A stretch of DNA of 64,000 nt from Octopus sinensis (GCF_006345805.1 NC_043013.1:49104001-49168000), one strand, 5' to 3'; shown: positions 25,089-38,869, counted from the stretch's first letter. Numbers and translations: made by a program. Notes: generated from the letters alone by a model not told the origin.

Positions 25089-26164
25089 AATATCATAATA
25101 GAGACCGTTCCTACTATAAAAGCACCAGCATGGCCACAGTTCGTGAGCTGAAACTAGATAGAATAAAAAAATCTATTGTGTGAGAGGTGGTGGAATGAAA
25201 GTTACTGGGATGATGGGGGGGGGGACATTATCTTCTATTATATAGTTCATTACCATCAACAAGGAATGAAGAACTTGTCCAAAGTTATTCGATGTTTGCG
25301 GTGCATCATCTCCTTGTAAATTCCTCATGTAATTTTTAACGTTACGTTCACGATTAGGACGATTATAAGCAAGCAAACATGTATAGAACTTCTATGAGTG
25401 CCAGCCTTTTGCAAATATTCTTTACAGTTAATTTAAGTGGTTTTAGAATTTCTATATTCTCGTCTTGCTTTTGTTCTGACCGCATCCTCTCGTAGTTCGA
25501 TAAACTTTCTCTGTGAGGCATTAACCCAACCACATCACTCGTGATTTCCATGACCTCTTCAAACTACGTCATTTCCAAGTGCCACAATATTTTTCCGAAT
25601 TTAATATAGAGTTCCCAGCAACTAGAAAACTCGTAAATATACAGATATAGTCTGGTCATATAATGTTCTCACGCTAAGCCTATTAGACAAACTGCACCTA
25701 TATATCTGTATAGAGTGTTGTCTAATTTCTGAGGCAAATACAAAGTGTATATAAAACTTTATAGAATGGTTAATGTACAAACCTATGTCAATGAATAATA
25801 CATCAAATATGGTGGAATGCGAGAATGACATGTCTTTGTGAGTTTCACATTTTTCCATAACTTCGTGATTTTTTTTATATAGGGCTACTCTCCGTTTTTT
25901 AGAACGTAATTAGTGAATCCTTATGGAAAGGAATGGTTTTACTGGATATATTTTGTGATGAAGTTCACCAATCTTAGAAAAAAGTAGAAATGTTATATAG
26001 TTTTATGAGCTACATTAGAGTTTTGATAATTATTTACAAGTTTTACAAAACACAAGAACTGGAGGAAAGACTTGTTTCTGGGTAAAAGAGAATTGATTAA
26101 AAAGAATTAATCCATCAGAAAATAACTAAAAGAAGATTGACGAGCAAAGGAACAATAAAAAGTG

Positions 26165-26445
26165 GGGAGGGCAGAGAGAAGGAAAAGAAAAAAGGAAGGT
26201 AGTAATGAAAGGAAGGAATAAAAGAAAAAAGAAAGAAAGGAAAAAAGGAAGAAGAAAGAAAGAAAGAAGGAAGAAGAAAGAAAGGAAGGAAGAAAGAAAG
26301 AAAGAAAAAAGAAAGAAAGAAAGAAAGAAAGAAAAAAGAAAGAAGGAAGAAAGAAAGAAGAAAGAAGGAAGAAGAAAGAAAGAAAGGAAAAAGAAAGAAA
26401 GAAAAAAGAAAGAAAAAAGAGTAAAAGAAGAAGGAAAGAAGGAAA

Positions 26446-26477
<32 letters not shown>

Positions 26478-26515
26478 GAAGAAGTAAGGAAGAAAGAAAG
26501 AAATGAAGGAGTGCA
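26165..26515. repeat. (GAAA)n/(GAA)n polypurine tract
   Basis: Seen directly. Confidence 0.95.
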
Positions 26516-26840
26516 CCGAGGTCAGGCAACGAGAAGTGACGGGAAGAAATGGAGTGAGGGTGGCTGGCCACCTTTCGAAAGTCGCTCAGGCTAAAAGTGG
26601 AGGAAACTCCTCCTCCCCGTGCAAACAAGGCATAAAATTTCGAACCCAGCCTTCAAACACTGTCAGGGTAGGAATGGGATCTCAACATACCTCATTTCTT
26701 TTAACAAACAAGGACCTGCTTATGATGCAACCTGAGATCATCCCCTTTCAAAAGCCACAAGCATCAAGTCAGTGTTGTCTGTTCTATCCCACGCCATTCC
26801 CGACACACACGTATGCATGCTTGCATATTTATATGTATGT

Positions 26841-26881
<41 letters not shown>

Positions 26882-27285
26882 TTGGTATATATGAGTCACT
26901 ACTTATATGCATAAATAAGTAGTGATGCATATATACACAAAAATGCATACAGAAAAAACCTGCACAAATATTAGTGTAGTTTGAATGAAGCATAATGAAA
27001 TAGAATTAAAATTGTTTTGAAAACCAGCCCAGTGCAGGGGAAATGTATGGGTTAAAACTAAAATAAAGAAATTAAAACAATTGTTCGTATTTTTGCCATA
27101 TAATTTGATCTTTCGAGACTAAGAGGCGGTGCTCCAGCATGGCCACAGTCAAATGACTGAAACAAGTAAAAGAAAGTAAAAGAAAAGAAAGTAAGATTCT
27201 TTCATATACACACACACACACACACACACATATATAAAGGTATATGGTGATATGCTGGTATATTTTAAACATATATGTTTCGTTA

Positions 27286-27760
27286 TTACCTACAAGGGGC
27301 CAAACATAGAGGGGGCAAACAAGGACAGACAAACGAATTAAGTCGATTACATCGACCCCAGTGCGCAACTGGTACTTAATTTATCGACCCCCGAAAGGAT
27401 GAAAGGCAAAGTCAACCTCGGCTGAATTTGAACTCAGAACGTAACGGCAGGCGAAATACGGCTACGCATTTCGCCCGGCGTGCTAACGGTTCTGCCAGCT
27501 CGCCGCCTTCAGAAGGACGAAATACCTATTTCTTTACTACCCACAAGGGGCTAAACATAGAGAGGACAAACAAGGACAGACAAACGAATTAAGTTGATTA
27601 CATCGACCCCAGTGCGCAACTGGTACTTAATTTATCGACCTCCGAGAGGATGAAAGGCAAAGTCGACCTCGGCGGAATTTGAACTCAGAACGTAAGGAGA
27701 GACGAAATACGGCTACGCATTTCGCCCGGCGTGCTAACGGTTCTGTCAGCTCGACGCCTT
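27286..27760 (-). mobile_element. Two tandem SINE family B copies
   Basis: Two units of about 230 bp, each with head aaggcg.cgagctg.cagaa and B box gagttcaaattc. Confidence 0.9.
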
Positions 27761-28513
27761 TTAAGCGCGAGGAGACATGGCATCCTCCATTTTCTTTTGT
27801 TAAATGTTTTATCCCCGAAAGTTTGAAATAAATGTTGAGACTATAAACTGCCATCTTGCCATCCTTCTGTTTTTACTACTTTATTTCAAGCTTGTATTAT
27901 GTTGGCTTTTGAAAGAAATTTTAACACACACACACACGCACATATACACACACAACAACTATGAGTGAAATCTGTGTTGATGTAAGAAATTGGCACGCAC
28001 TTTTAAAATAGAAATGGGCGGCGTTATTTTTCCTCTTCAAATATTTAACCTATTTTCTGTGTATTCATCCTCAAATAAATCTTATTGAAGCCGGACATTC
28101 TATTAACATAGATTTGCTAACATCTTATTCAATGAGGATATATATATAGAAGCTCAGTTTCCTATTTCAGATCTTCGTCAAACTTAAAATCATTCCCTAA
28201 AAACTATTTTCTCGAGTGTCTGTATCGTCAAGTGTATTTACCAGTGACACCTAAAGTGTTCTACGCAAGGAAAGATCTTTCTTACTTTATTTTCCTTTCT
28301 TTCTCTTTTGTCATAGCAATAAATTGCTGTGTGAAATAGAGCAAGAAAACCAGTGTAACAAAATAACTTCACGTTTTATTAGGTCATGCACCAATCAATA
28401 TTAGTTACTGTAATTCCTAAAAATAGGTTTGAGTTTTTACAGTCTGTTTTCCATAAATAATAATCCTTTCTACACAATTGGGAGAAGGGTATAATCGATT
28501 ACATCGACCCCAG

Positions 28514-28868
28514 GGATCTTTCCTTTTGAACGGCAGTTTTCAACACAATTTCTAGTTAACTAAACACTTTTAAACTTCGTATACTGGGAGAATGTGTCAA
28601 AATAAAACATTTTTTTCTCTTGGCTTTCTTGAGAAAATTGTAATTTGTAAGTTTAACGTAGTCTAATTTTTCGAATTTTAACCAATCAATGGTCTCTATT
28701 GAGCTAAAATCATTTGCTGCGTCTAAAACGTACAAATTACAATTTTCTCAAGAAAGCCAAGAGAAAAAAAATATTTTATTTTGACACATTCTACCAGTAT
28801 ACGAAGTTTAAAAGTGTTCAGTTAACTAGAAATTTTGTTGAAAACTGCCGTTCAAAAGGAAAAGATTC
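28514..28868. mobile_element. Fold-back MITE, about 137-bp TIRs, 8(-9)-bp TSD, inserted in a SINE B
   Basis: 28514-28649 vs 28731-28868 inverted; gaccccag at 28506-28513 and 28869-28876. Confidence 0.9.
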
Positions 28869-30209
28869 GACCCCAGTACTCAACTGGTACTTAATTTAAC
28901 GACCCTGAAAGGATGAAAGGCAAAGTCGACTTCGGAGGAATTTGAACATAGGACGTATATAAAAAGATGTCGTTAATTAATATAAAGTGTATTATAAGGT
29001 GTAAAACATTCAATTCTGATCATGTAAATTATGTAGAAAAAATAATGGAAATGAAGGTTATTCGCTATTGTTGATACAACTGTTGGTTTTTGAAGACAAT
29101 TTAAAACATCACCTGTTCGTTGGATTTCATTACCAGTCACTAATCTATCGCCAGTACTCAAAACAGGTCGGAAGATAACTTCCCTACTTGTTCTCACCTG
29201 TCTCCGAGGCATTGAAATGTGCCATGTACTGTGATTTATCACCTCTAAATCAGCATACATATTTCTTAAGTAGCTTAACTTTTAAACTTTAAAAATACAC
29301 ACACATGATGTGTTGGTTATAATTGTAAATCGTGATGATGTGTGTGAGTGTATATATATTTTTATCTTTTATCTTTTAATTATTTAAGTCATTAGACTGC
29401 AGCGACGTTGGGGCATCGCCTTGAAGAATTTCAGTCGAACGAATCGACTCCAATACTACATTTTTTTAAAGCCTGGTACTTATTCTAAGGGTTCTTTTCC
29501 AAACCGCTAAGTAACAGTGGCGTAAATACACCATCGCCGATTGTCGAGCGGTGGTAATTTCGATGTGTGCGTAATATTGATGTGTGTGTGGGTTTTTGTG
29601 TGTGTGTATGCGTGTGTGTGTGTGCGCGTGCGTATGTGCACGCATGCATATTTGTGTATGTGTGTGCGCGCGTGTGTACGACAGGTGTCTTTCAGTATCT
29701 GTCTACCAAATCCACTCAAAGCCTTATCTCTGGCTGACAGTGAATGAACACAGGAGTAGTTAATCTTCCAAGCTCTGGCAAAATAAATTCCTTGCAACAC
29801 AGAGGAGTTTATTTACTGTCTGTAAGAGAGATGGTCACTTACAGCTAGCCATCCACTACTGCCCCGACTATAAGCTATGCGGCCAACGGAAACACCCTTT
29901 CGGGGCAAGTGCTGGTGGTATTACAGTCTTCGGAAATTGGAAAAAGTGGGCTGAAAAGTGGCGTCACAGTCCGTTTGGCAATCAAAATGGTAAGATCTAC
30001 ATGAACTCATATTTCTAAACAGTTCATTTGTGATGTTGGGCCTTTGTGCTTGAAATATATAAAGGCAACTCAACCTTTCATTTTCGAGTTGTACTAAGCT
30101 CTCATTTATTCTTTGTTTTCTTACTGTGAATATATGTAATGAAACACATGTCATAGTGAATAAATAATACCAAAATATTTTTTTACAATACATACATGCA
30201 TACGTACAT

Positions 30210-30279
<70 letters not shown>

Positions 30280-30312
30280 TAATCAAAATAAAAACATGAT
30301 GCCAAGGATTCA

Positions 30313-30390
30313 GCGGTACATATGTTTCGGGCCTTTATTAGACGGATTTATAACAATGCATAATGTGTGTCTATGGCCTTCTTCAGCCGC
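30313..30390 (-). ncRNA. Type I hammerhead ribozyme candidate with all core nucleotides intact
   Basis: gcgg CTGAAGA a ggcc-a-tagac..gtcta-ataaa-ggcc c GAAA catatg TA^ ccgc; helix III palindrome ACATATGT. Confidence 0.72.
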
Positions 30391-30514
30391 GTACAATTAC
30401 TACTTCAAGGACATGTATTACATTATAAGTTTTACGTTGGGGATACAAATCTTCACAGTCGCGTACGACAGGGTGGGGCACCAGCACAAAAATGAAGCGT
30501 CCATCTATATATAT

Positions 30515-30823
30515 GAGACCCCTCCTTCGGTCATGTCTGACCTTGGGATTGCACCTAGAAAGTTACCCTTCGAGGCACAAGTCCGGGCAAGGTTGTTTAT
30601 AGAAGACCAGCTGTCGCCCATGCATACCGGCCTCCCCTATTCACGCCACCAGTGTTATACAAGGGAAAGGCAGAGGGGCCGATATAGCTTGGCACCTGTG
30701 ACGTGGCAACTCATTTCCACAGCTGAGTGAAATTAAGTGTCTTGCTCAAGAACACAACACGCAGCCCGGTCCGGGATTCGAAACCACAACCTCAAGATCG
30801 TAAGTTCGACGCTCTAACCACTG
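30515..30823 (-). mobile_element. SINE family C copy
   Basis: Reverse-complement match to 4807-5135. Confidence 0.88.
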
Positions 30824-31074
30824 ATAATAAAATAATACGTGTGAAAAATTGAATATTAATTTGATTAATATCAATTTAAAACCAGTGGTCTAGTATATCG
30901 AAAAATCTAAAGATTCAGAAAAGTTATATTACATACATATAAGAGGGATGACTACTAAGTGGATATCTATTATGCTAGGAGTCGACCCCCTATGGTGTTA
31001 CCACTAAGAAAGGAATGTTCTCAAGAAAATGTAGCGAACGCCAAAACGTAAGCGAGCAAGACAAATGAAGTTTC

Positions 31075-33200
31075 GCAGAGTAGGTGCTATTTTATACATT
31101 TCCGGACATTTCTTAATCCAGCTATGTGGTAGACTATCAAAAAGCGTTTTTACAGTCTATCCAGGCTATCGACAAGTTTTTCTATGTTTGTGACAATCTT
31201 CCAAGATCATCTTATTGATGAGTTGCCGATTTTTAGAACCATAAGACCCACGTTTACATCGTTTTGCTCATTAGGGAACATGCCACTTTCTATTAAAAAA
31301 CTATAGGTATATTCAGTCAAGACAGATGTTAGTACTTTATACATTGTTGTTAAGCAGGTTGTGGGCCTATAAACTTTTGGTTCATTTGTTTCTTCATTTT
31401 TTGCAAGTAGGAATGTTACACCATTACCTAACCAAGAGGGAATCATACTAGGTTGTTGCAAAACATTGATGTAAAGTTTTGTTAGCAGTTCCTGGCTCTC
31501 TGAGAAGGCATGTAAAGTTTTGTTAGCAGTTCCTGGCTCTCTGAGAAGGCATTCAACCAGAAGTTAGAAATTTTATCCTTTCCTGGAGACTTCCACTTGC
31601 TTGACTTCTTGAGAGCAGATCTTACATCTTCTACCTTGATACCCTCCCACTTTTGATCTTCTAAGGAATCTAAGTCTGTAGATATTTAAACAATCCAAGG
31701 AGCCTTTTCATTGTGTGTTTTTTCTTCTGCCCAAATTTTATTCCGAAATTCCTGCACTACTTTTCATGGGACAGACTTTACTGCAACTGGTATTTTCCCT
31801 ATCTTTCTGTAAAAAGTTTTTGGATTATTTTTTAACATGTTGTTGTCCTTGAAGAATCTAACCCGCTTTTCATACCTTGCTAAACAGGCAGCTTTAGCAC
31901 ATACTTTTTGCTTGATGGTATCTATGATGGTATCGATGTCAGATATGGTTTTCATATTATAATTTTTCTTTTAATTTTCGGATTTTTGTTGGTTTGATAG
32001 TCTTGGCAAACTTAAGATTTTTTAAACTTTCTATGTCAGACCTAAGTAGCTGAATTTGGTGTTGAATACACTCTTTCCAACTAGACTTTTTGTGGGAATA
32101 TTATTGTTTTCTAATCTATTCACCTCATAGAATCATTGAGATTTTCACGGATGCATAGTACAGGTGGTTGAGATCTGTAATATCAACATCAGTAGTTGAA
32201 ATTATATCCTTAAGTGCAAGGCGGATTTTACCAATAATTTTCAGGTTTTGGTTAGAATTGCGAAATTTTGGGAGAGTATCGCGTTCATCCATACTGGTTT
32301 CTTTAATTTTCAGCCATTCAATCATGATTTGATCTTTTAGCTCATGTAGTTCTGTTGGGTCAATTTGTGTGTGACTTTCTTCATCTATTTGATTTTCATC
32401 TCCCTTAGTGTTTATGGTTGGTTCATAGATTATTTCGCTTTGCTTATCAGTTACATTAACTCTTTCAATCCTTATTGCATTTTCATCAGCCCTGGGCTGG
32501 TCTATAATTATTTCCTCTGTATTATCTTCTTTAGCTGCAACTTCGTTCCTTTTATCCCTTACTGATTGTTTAATTTGGTCAATTTCTAATGCAGTTAGTA
32601 AATTCTTTTGCGTAATATTTCTTCTGACGTTGGCAAGTTTGTTACGGTCTATGTAGGGTCTTACTTCAAGGTGTTTCTGTCTCCATTTTAAGTAGGTTTG
32701 TACAGTATTAGATTTATTTGTGGGGAAATATATGGCATAATAGAAGGCCATAAGAACTTCATTATCTCCTCTAGTCCATTTTTCATTCTTTTTCTTTTGG
32801 TTATTTGATGACGAACATGGATGGCCATTTGTTGAAATATTCCGGTTGTGGGGTACTCCCAGCTCATGTGTTTTGGGAAGACTTGAACCAGTAACTGATT
32901 GTTCTTACCGAATTTGGTTCAACACTCGATTACGCGATCCTTTGTGTTCCCGCTGACGACCGATTCGGTTTGTATTTTGCTTTGTAATCAGTGAGGCATG
33001 ACGACCTTGGACGTTGACATTAGGGGACAGATCTGTCTGTTTAGGATTAATTTTTTTGAGACAACACAGCCTCCGAGTTCTCTGCGTGTAAACATTGCTG
33101 GTAACGTACCTACATAAGGCTAACAGATCTGTATTCATCTGTATTTTTTTGCTGATAGATTCATCTCCGGGCATAGTTTTTTGCGGTGTTTTTTAAACTT
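31075..33200 (-). mobile_element. R4/Dong-clade non-LTR retrotransposon, 5' half (N-terminal region to RT motif 2-3), degraded
   Basis: RPYIDRNKLANVRRNI, NNPKTFYRKIG, YRPTTCLTTMYKVLTS, INKMILED, AWIDCKNAFDSLPHSWI; 41-bp tandem duplication at about 31470-31551. Confidence 0.85.
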
Positions 33201-33784
33201 ATGAATTGTTCACTCTGTCTGTGTTAGTTCGAAAAATAAAAAAATAATTTGTTTTGTGTCTTGTTTTTGCTTCGTTTGAGACACGTGTTTTCATATGCGG
33301 TATGTGTGTCCTGTAAATTTCACGTAGTTATGTAAACATTGGGTTGTATGTTTGGTCCGATGGGTATTGAAATATATGTACGATTGTTTAGACATTCGAG
33401 TGTATGCGTAATTATTCAAATTATGTACTTACTGGGTTTTTCTTCGTTTATATTTTATAAATCAACTTCCGGTGTTGATTTCGCCTGTGTGTTTCGCACG
33501 TTTCCCTGAGACATCATGCATAGGAGAAACTGTGCTTAGTATGGCAGTAAAATTTCGTTTTCGTGATTATTTCCGTTAAAAGAATTCTTCCTTCAAGTCT
33601 TCCACAGGTTCCTTTATCCCATTCCACCGATCTTATTAGATTAAATTTGTCTTTGAATGGAGAGCCCGGTGTAATTCAGCCCGGAGCTCTTTCTTCTTCT
33701 TCTTTTCTTCTTCTTCTCTTCTTCTTCTTCTTCTTCTTCTTCTTCTTCTTCTTCTTCTTCTTCTTCTTCTTCTCATCATCATCA

Positions 33785-33837
<53 letters not shown>

Positions 33838-33870
33838 GTTATTATTATTGCCATCATTATTATTATTATT

Positions 33871-34283
33871 AAGGCGGTGAGCTGGCAGAAACGTGAGCTG
33901 GCAGAAACGTGAGCAAGCCGGACGAAATGCTTAGCGGTATTTCGTCTGCCGCTACGTTCTAAGTTCAAATTCCGCCGAGGTCGACTTTGCCTTTCATCCT
34001 TTCGGGGTCGATTAAATAAGTACCAGTTACGCACTGGGGTCGATATAATCGACTTAATCCGTTTGTCTGTCCTTGTTTGACCTCTCTGTGTTTAGCCCCT
34101 TGTGGGTAGTAAAGAAATAGGTATTTCGTCTGTCTTTACGTTCTGAGTTCAATTTCCGCCGAGGCTGACTCTACCTTTCATCCTTTTGGGGTCGATAAAT
34201 TAATTACCATTGAATCACTAGGGTCGATGTGATCGACTGCCCCCACCCCACCAATTTCAGTCCTTGTGCCTTTAGTAGAAAAG

Positions 34284-34367
<84 letters not shown>

Positions 34368-34797
34368 GTTATTATTATTGCCATCATTATTATTATTATT
34401 AAGGCGGTGAGCTGGCAGAAACGTGAGCAAGCCGGACGAAATGCTTAGCGGTATTTTGTCTGCCACTACGTTCTAAGTTCAAATTCCGCCGAGGTCGACT
34501 TTGCCTTTCATCCTTTCGGGGTCGATTAAATAAGTACCAGTTACGCACTGGGGTCGATATAATCGACTTAATCCGTTTGTCTGTCCTTGTTTGACCTCTC
34601 TGTGTTTAGCCCCTTGTGGGTAGTAAAGAAATAGGTATTTCGTCTGTCTTTACGTTCTGAGTTCAATTTCCGCCGAGGCTGACTCTACCTTTCATCCTTT
34701 TGGGGTCGATAAATTAATTACCATTGAATCACTAGGGTCGATGTGATCGACTGCCCCCACCCCACCAATTTCAGTCCTTGTGCCTTTAGTAGAAAAG

Positions 34798-34881
<84 letters not shown>

Positions 34882-35311
34882 GTTATTATTATTGCCATCA
34901 TTATTATTATTATTAAGGCGGTGAGCTGGCAGAAACGTGAGCAAGCCGGACGAAATGCTTAGCGGTATTTTGTCTGCCACTACGTTCTAAGTTCAAATTC
35001 CGCCGAGGTCGACTTTGCCTTTCATCCTTTCGGGGTCGATTAAATAAGTACCAGTTACGCACTGGGGTCGATATAATCGACTTAATCCGTTTGTCTGTCC
35101 TTGTTTGACCTCTCTGTGTTTAGCCCCTTGTGGGTAGTAAAGAAATAGGTATTTCGTCTGTCTTTACGTTCTGAGTTCAAATTCCGCCGAGGCTGACTCT
35201 ACCTTTCATCCTTTTGGGGTCGATAAATTAATTACCATTGAATCACTAGGGTCGATGTGATCGACTGCCCCCACCCCACCAATTTCAGTCCTTGTGCCTT
35301 TAGTAGAAAAG
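33871..35311 (+). mobile_element. Tandem triplication of a dimeric SINE B plus (ATT)n unit
   Basis: Units start at 33871, 34401 and 34915 (530 and 514 bp) and are nearly identical. Confidence 0.93.
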
Positions 35312-35352
<41 letters not shown>

Positions 35353-36873
35353 CCTCCTCCTCATCATCATCATCATTATCATTAAGTCGGCGAGCTGGCA
35401 GACTCGTTATCGACATCATAATTATTATTGATGTTCTTGCTGTTATATTATTGCTGTTATTATCGTTATTTTTTAAATTTTTGCTGTCGTTGTTATTGTT
35501 TTTACTACCACTCTTATTGTTGGTATTTTATCATTTGATATTCATAGTCCAACAAATATTACTATACTCCTTTGACCGGTGACTGTTGGTTCAATTCTTC
35601 ACATTGCCTTCGTATCTTATATTTTCATAGTTCCTTCTTCCAATTGGTTTTTTTTTTATATATCTTCCATCTTCTACTCTAACTTAACCCCCATCATCTT
35701 TTTCTTATTCCACTTCTATTTCTCTTCCTTTATCACCCTTTCTTCTTCTCTTCTTCTTCTTCTTCTTCTTCTTCTTCTTCTTCTTCTTCTTCTTCTTCTT
35801 TCTCCTCCTCCTCCCCCTCCTCCTCCTTTTTCTACTAGCTGTTCTTCATCTCCTAACTGTACTTTTATGTGCTTTTGGCTTTGACATTGTATCCGACCTG
35901 TACATTTTTGTATAAATTTGTTTTCATTCACTTTCTTTATTCATACTTTTTTGCTTCCTCTAAATACATGCAAAGCACAACACTTGGCAGACATATAATG
36001 TTAAGAGTGCAACACTGATGCAGGTCTGGAGATGTAGAATTCTTGTCTGCATTTTTTTTGGGGCCTTAAATATCCAGTGACGTCATAAATTTTAGTAGAT
36101 AAATATACTCGTTTTCTACGTTAGGTATTTTTGTGTAGATTTCAAATTACCAAAAAATATGGAATTAGTATGGTATTTTTCTATTTTAATTTTATAAACT
36201 AAATTACTTATTCAATGACGTCGCTCTTGGTTGGATGAAGTTAAATTTGGTTTAAAGTTAAATTTGGTTTGCCGTTTCTTTTTGTTAGCGTTTTTAATAG
36301 CTAAAATTTTTTCAGATATTCAGTGAGAATTTCACCAATTTGGATTACCTTCAAAATGTTGATAAATATTCGTACATATTATTATTAATTTTAATAATAT
36401 TGTGTGTGTGTATGTGCGTGCGTGCGTGTGTGTGTGCGTGTGTGTGTATGCGTGTGTATTTGTGTGTGTGTGTGTGTATTTGTGTGTGTGTGCGTGTGTG
36501 TGTGTGTTAATGCTATTGAAACAGTTTTTAGATTTTTAAGGTGTGATCTAAAATAAAATTATGATTTCCTTCGTACATATTATTGGTTGCTGTTTATACT
36601 CTGAATTTCTTAAATTGCTGCTTAAGGATTTGGGGATTTACCTATCATACATAAGAAATTACTCGGGATTTGTGGTCTACAAACATTCACTGGTATCTAC
36701 TTGTTGGAAACTTTATCCATATTCCTTTATACTGAGTGTGTACTTGATATCTGCCAGGATTTTTTGATCCCATTTTTTTTCTTCTTCTTCTTCTTCTTCT
36801 TGTTCTTCTTCTTCTTCTTCTTCTTCTTCTTCTTCTCTTCTTCTTCTTCTTCTTCTTTCTTCTTCTTCTTCTT

Positions 36874-36949
<76 letters not shown>

Positions 36950-37094
36950 ACTAAAAATAAGGGTGTCTGAGAGACACCACCATGCCGAAATAGCAGTCAA
37001 AACCTTGACTCTAAGAACCACGTTAAATGTTCATATCGCACCATGAGATAAGACAGAGGGACAAAATAGACTAGCAAAAAGATATTACTGAATA

Positions 37095-37152
37095 ATTCAA
37101 GATCCTGGATTTCTAGCTTTGCTTTAAATAAGCTTTGCCTCATCAGTTGAAT
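37095..37152 (-). ncRNA. Hammerhead candidate with intact core and atypical stem II
   Basis: attcaa CTGATGA ggcaaagcttatttaaagcaaagcta GAAA tccagga TC^ ttgaat. 6-bp stem I; quasi-palindrome ATCC-A-GGAT. Confidence 0.5.
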
Positions 37153-38809
37153 AAATCAGATAGGCACATAAATACAAATATATATATGCAGAACAAACGT
37201 TATACTTACATATACGAACGTCCATATATATATATGCACGTATGTACAAGGCCAGTTAAATTGCCCGCCAAAAACACCCCATAAGCACGATATGATCGAA
37301 ATAAACACCGCAGTGAATATAGTGACGAATTTTATAAATTTATATCCTTATTTATAAATATATATATAATATATATATATATTATATATATATATATATA
37401 TTATATATATATATATTATATATATATATATATATATGTATTTATAGGTATGGTGATGCAAACAGGAAACTTACTACTGAAAATATGAGTATATATATAT
37501 TTTTGTTAATATTTTGCAGAAGCAACAGAGTGACTCAAGAGCCGCAATTTTCGTGTGTTGTCACTTATCGTTTTGATAACTGCCAACGCTCGAAAATCTA
37601 GGTCATTGAGTCGCTCTGTAGCTTATATATATATATTGAATTATTCTTACAAATGATATATTCACAGAATATGAGAGGTGAATTTTTAACATGTCATCAA
37701 ACTCCATAATATATTATTACTTCAATGCAATATACATTATAGAAAGAGTATATTGCTAAAATGGATGTTCAAAGTAAAATATTTAGAAGAAAATAAAAAG
37801 TAAAGATTTCACTGCTAGCACAAATTTCGGCCTACAGCCATTTCCAGGTTGAAAATGCAAACTTCATTATCCATATATTCATTATGTAATTAATATATGA
37901 GAGAATAAGAAATCATCAGGAAGTATATTGTAGTAAGTAGCTTCAATTTCGACTAAAATTTCTTCAAAGTGGTGCCTCAACACGGCCACATTTAAGTCAC
38001 TGAAACAGATAAAATACATATCAGAGGAGACGAACAATCAACTCTTCAGAGACTAGCGTGAACGCTACACTCTCTTTAAGGCCTTGTTTTGCTTAGTCAA
38101 TGACGTGCTGACGCACCCAGTCACGTGACCTGTTGAGTTATGTCATTTGTGATATATAGGAAATAGTGAGTGACAAATTCACTGGTATTGCAAGTAGGCT
38201 CCGAGCCGATTAAGTAATGCAGTGTATAAAGTTGAAAATGTTTTAAATACATATACCGTACCATGCTTCACGTACTCGCACTCTCGACAGACAGTTTGAT
38301 AACTTTTCCTCCGAAATAAAAAAAAAAGAACTCATGTGGACACATTGTGCTTATAAATACAACATCTATTGGAAGGAGACAAAAAAACCGTGGCAGCAGT
38401 GGCTAGCGATAATGTCAGATGTATTTCGTCCACTTTTGGAATTGTCAATGACGTGTACACTCAACCCGGGTTATAGCTGCCGAGTTATGTTACGGAGAAA
38501 AACTTCAGCTACTTCCTAGTTAATGTTGTACATACACGAATTATGATACTCAGATTAGTATTTTAATTTAAAACTACCTCAGTTGCATTCACCGGATTGT
38601 TTATTCAACTCGACTCCTGTACGCAAAACCAGTGAATGAATTATTCACTTTTTCTTGTATCGAATGTGACAGATCTTGTCTAGGCATGTCACCTGTAGTG
38701 AATACACGTCAATGACAAATTCCAATATGACTGAAATAGCTCTGTCATTCGCACAAGCCGCTGCTGGCCGATTCTCTTAAATATATTCCATGCATATTCA
38801 TACATGCAT

Positions 38810-38812
38810 AGT

Positions 38813-38869
<57 letters not shown>

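Noticed and set aside
33871-35311. Regularly spaced repeats resembling an array/CRISPR
   Set aside because: Units are 514-530-bp SINE dimers with no unique spacers, in a eukaryotic intron.
36078-36085. Perfect CRE TGACGTCA in the PDE intron
   Set aside because: One 8-mer in 64 kb is about chance expectation.
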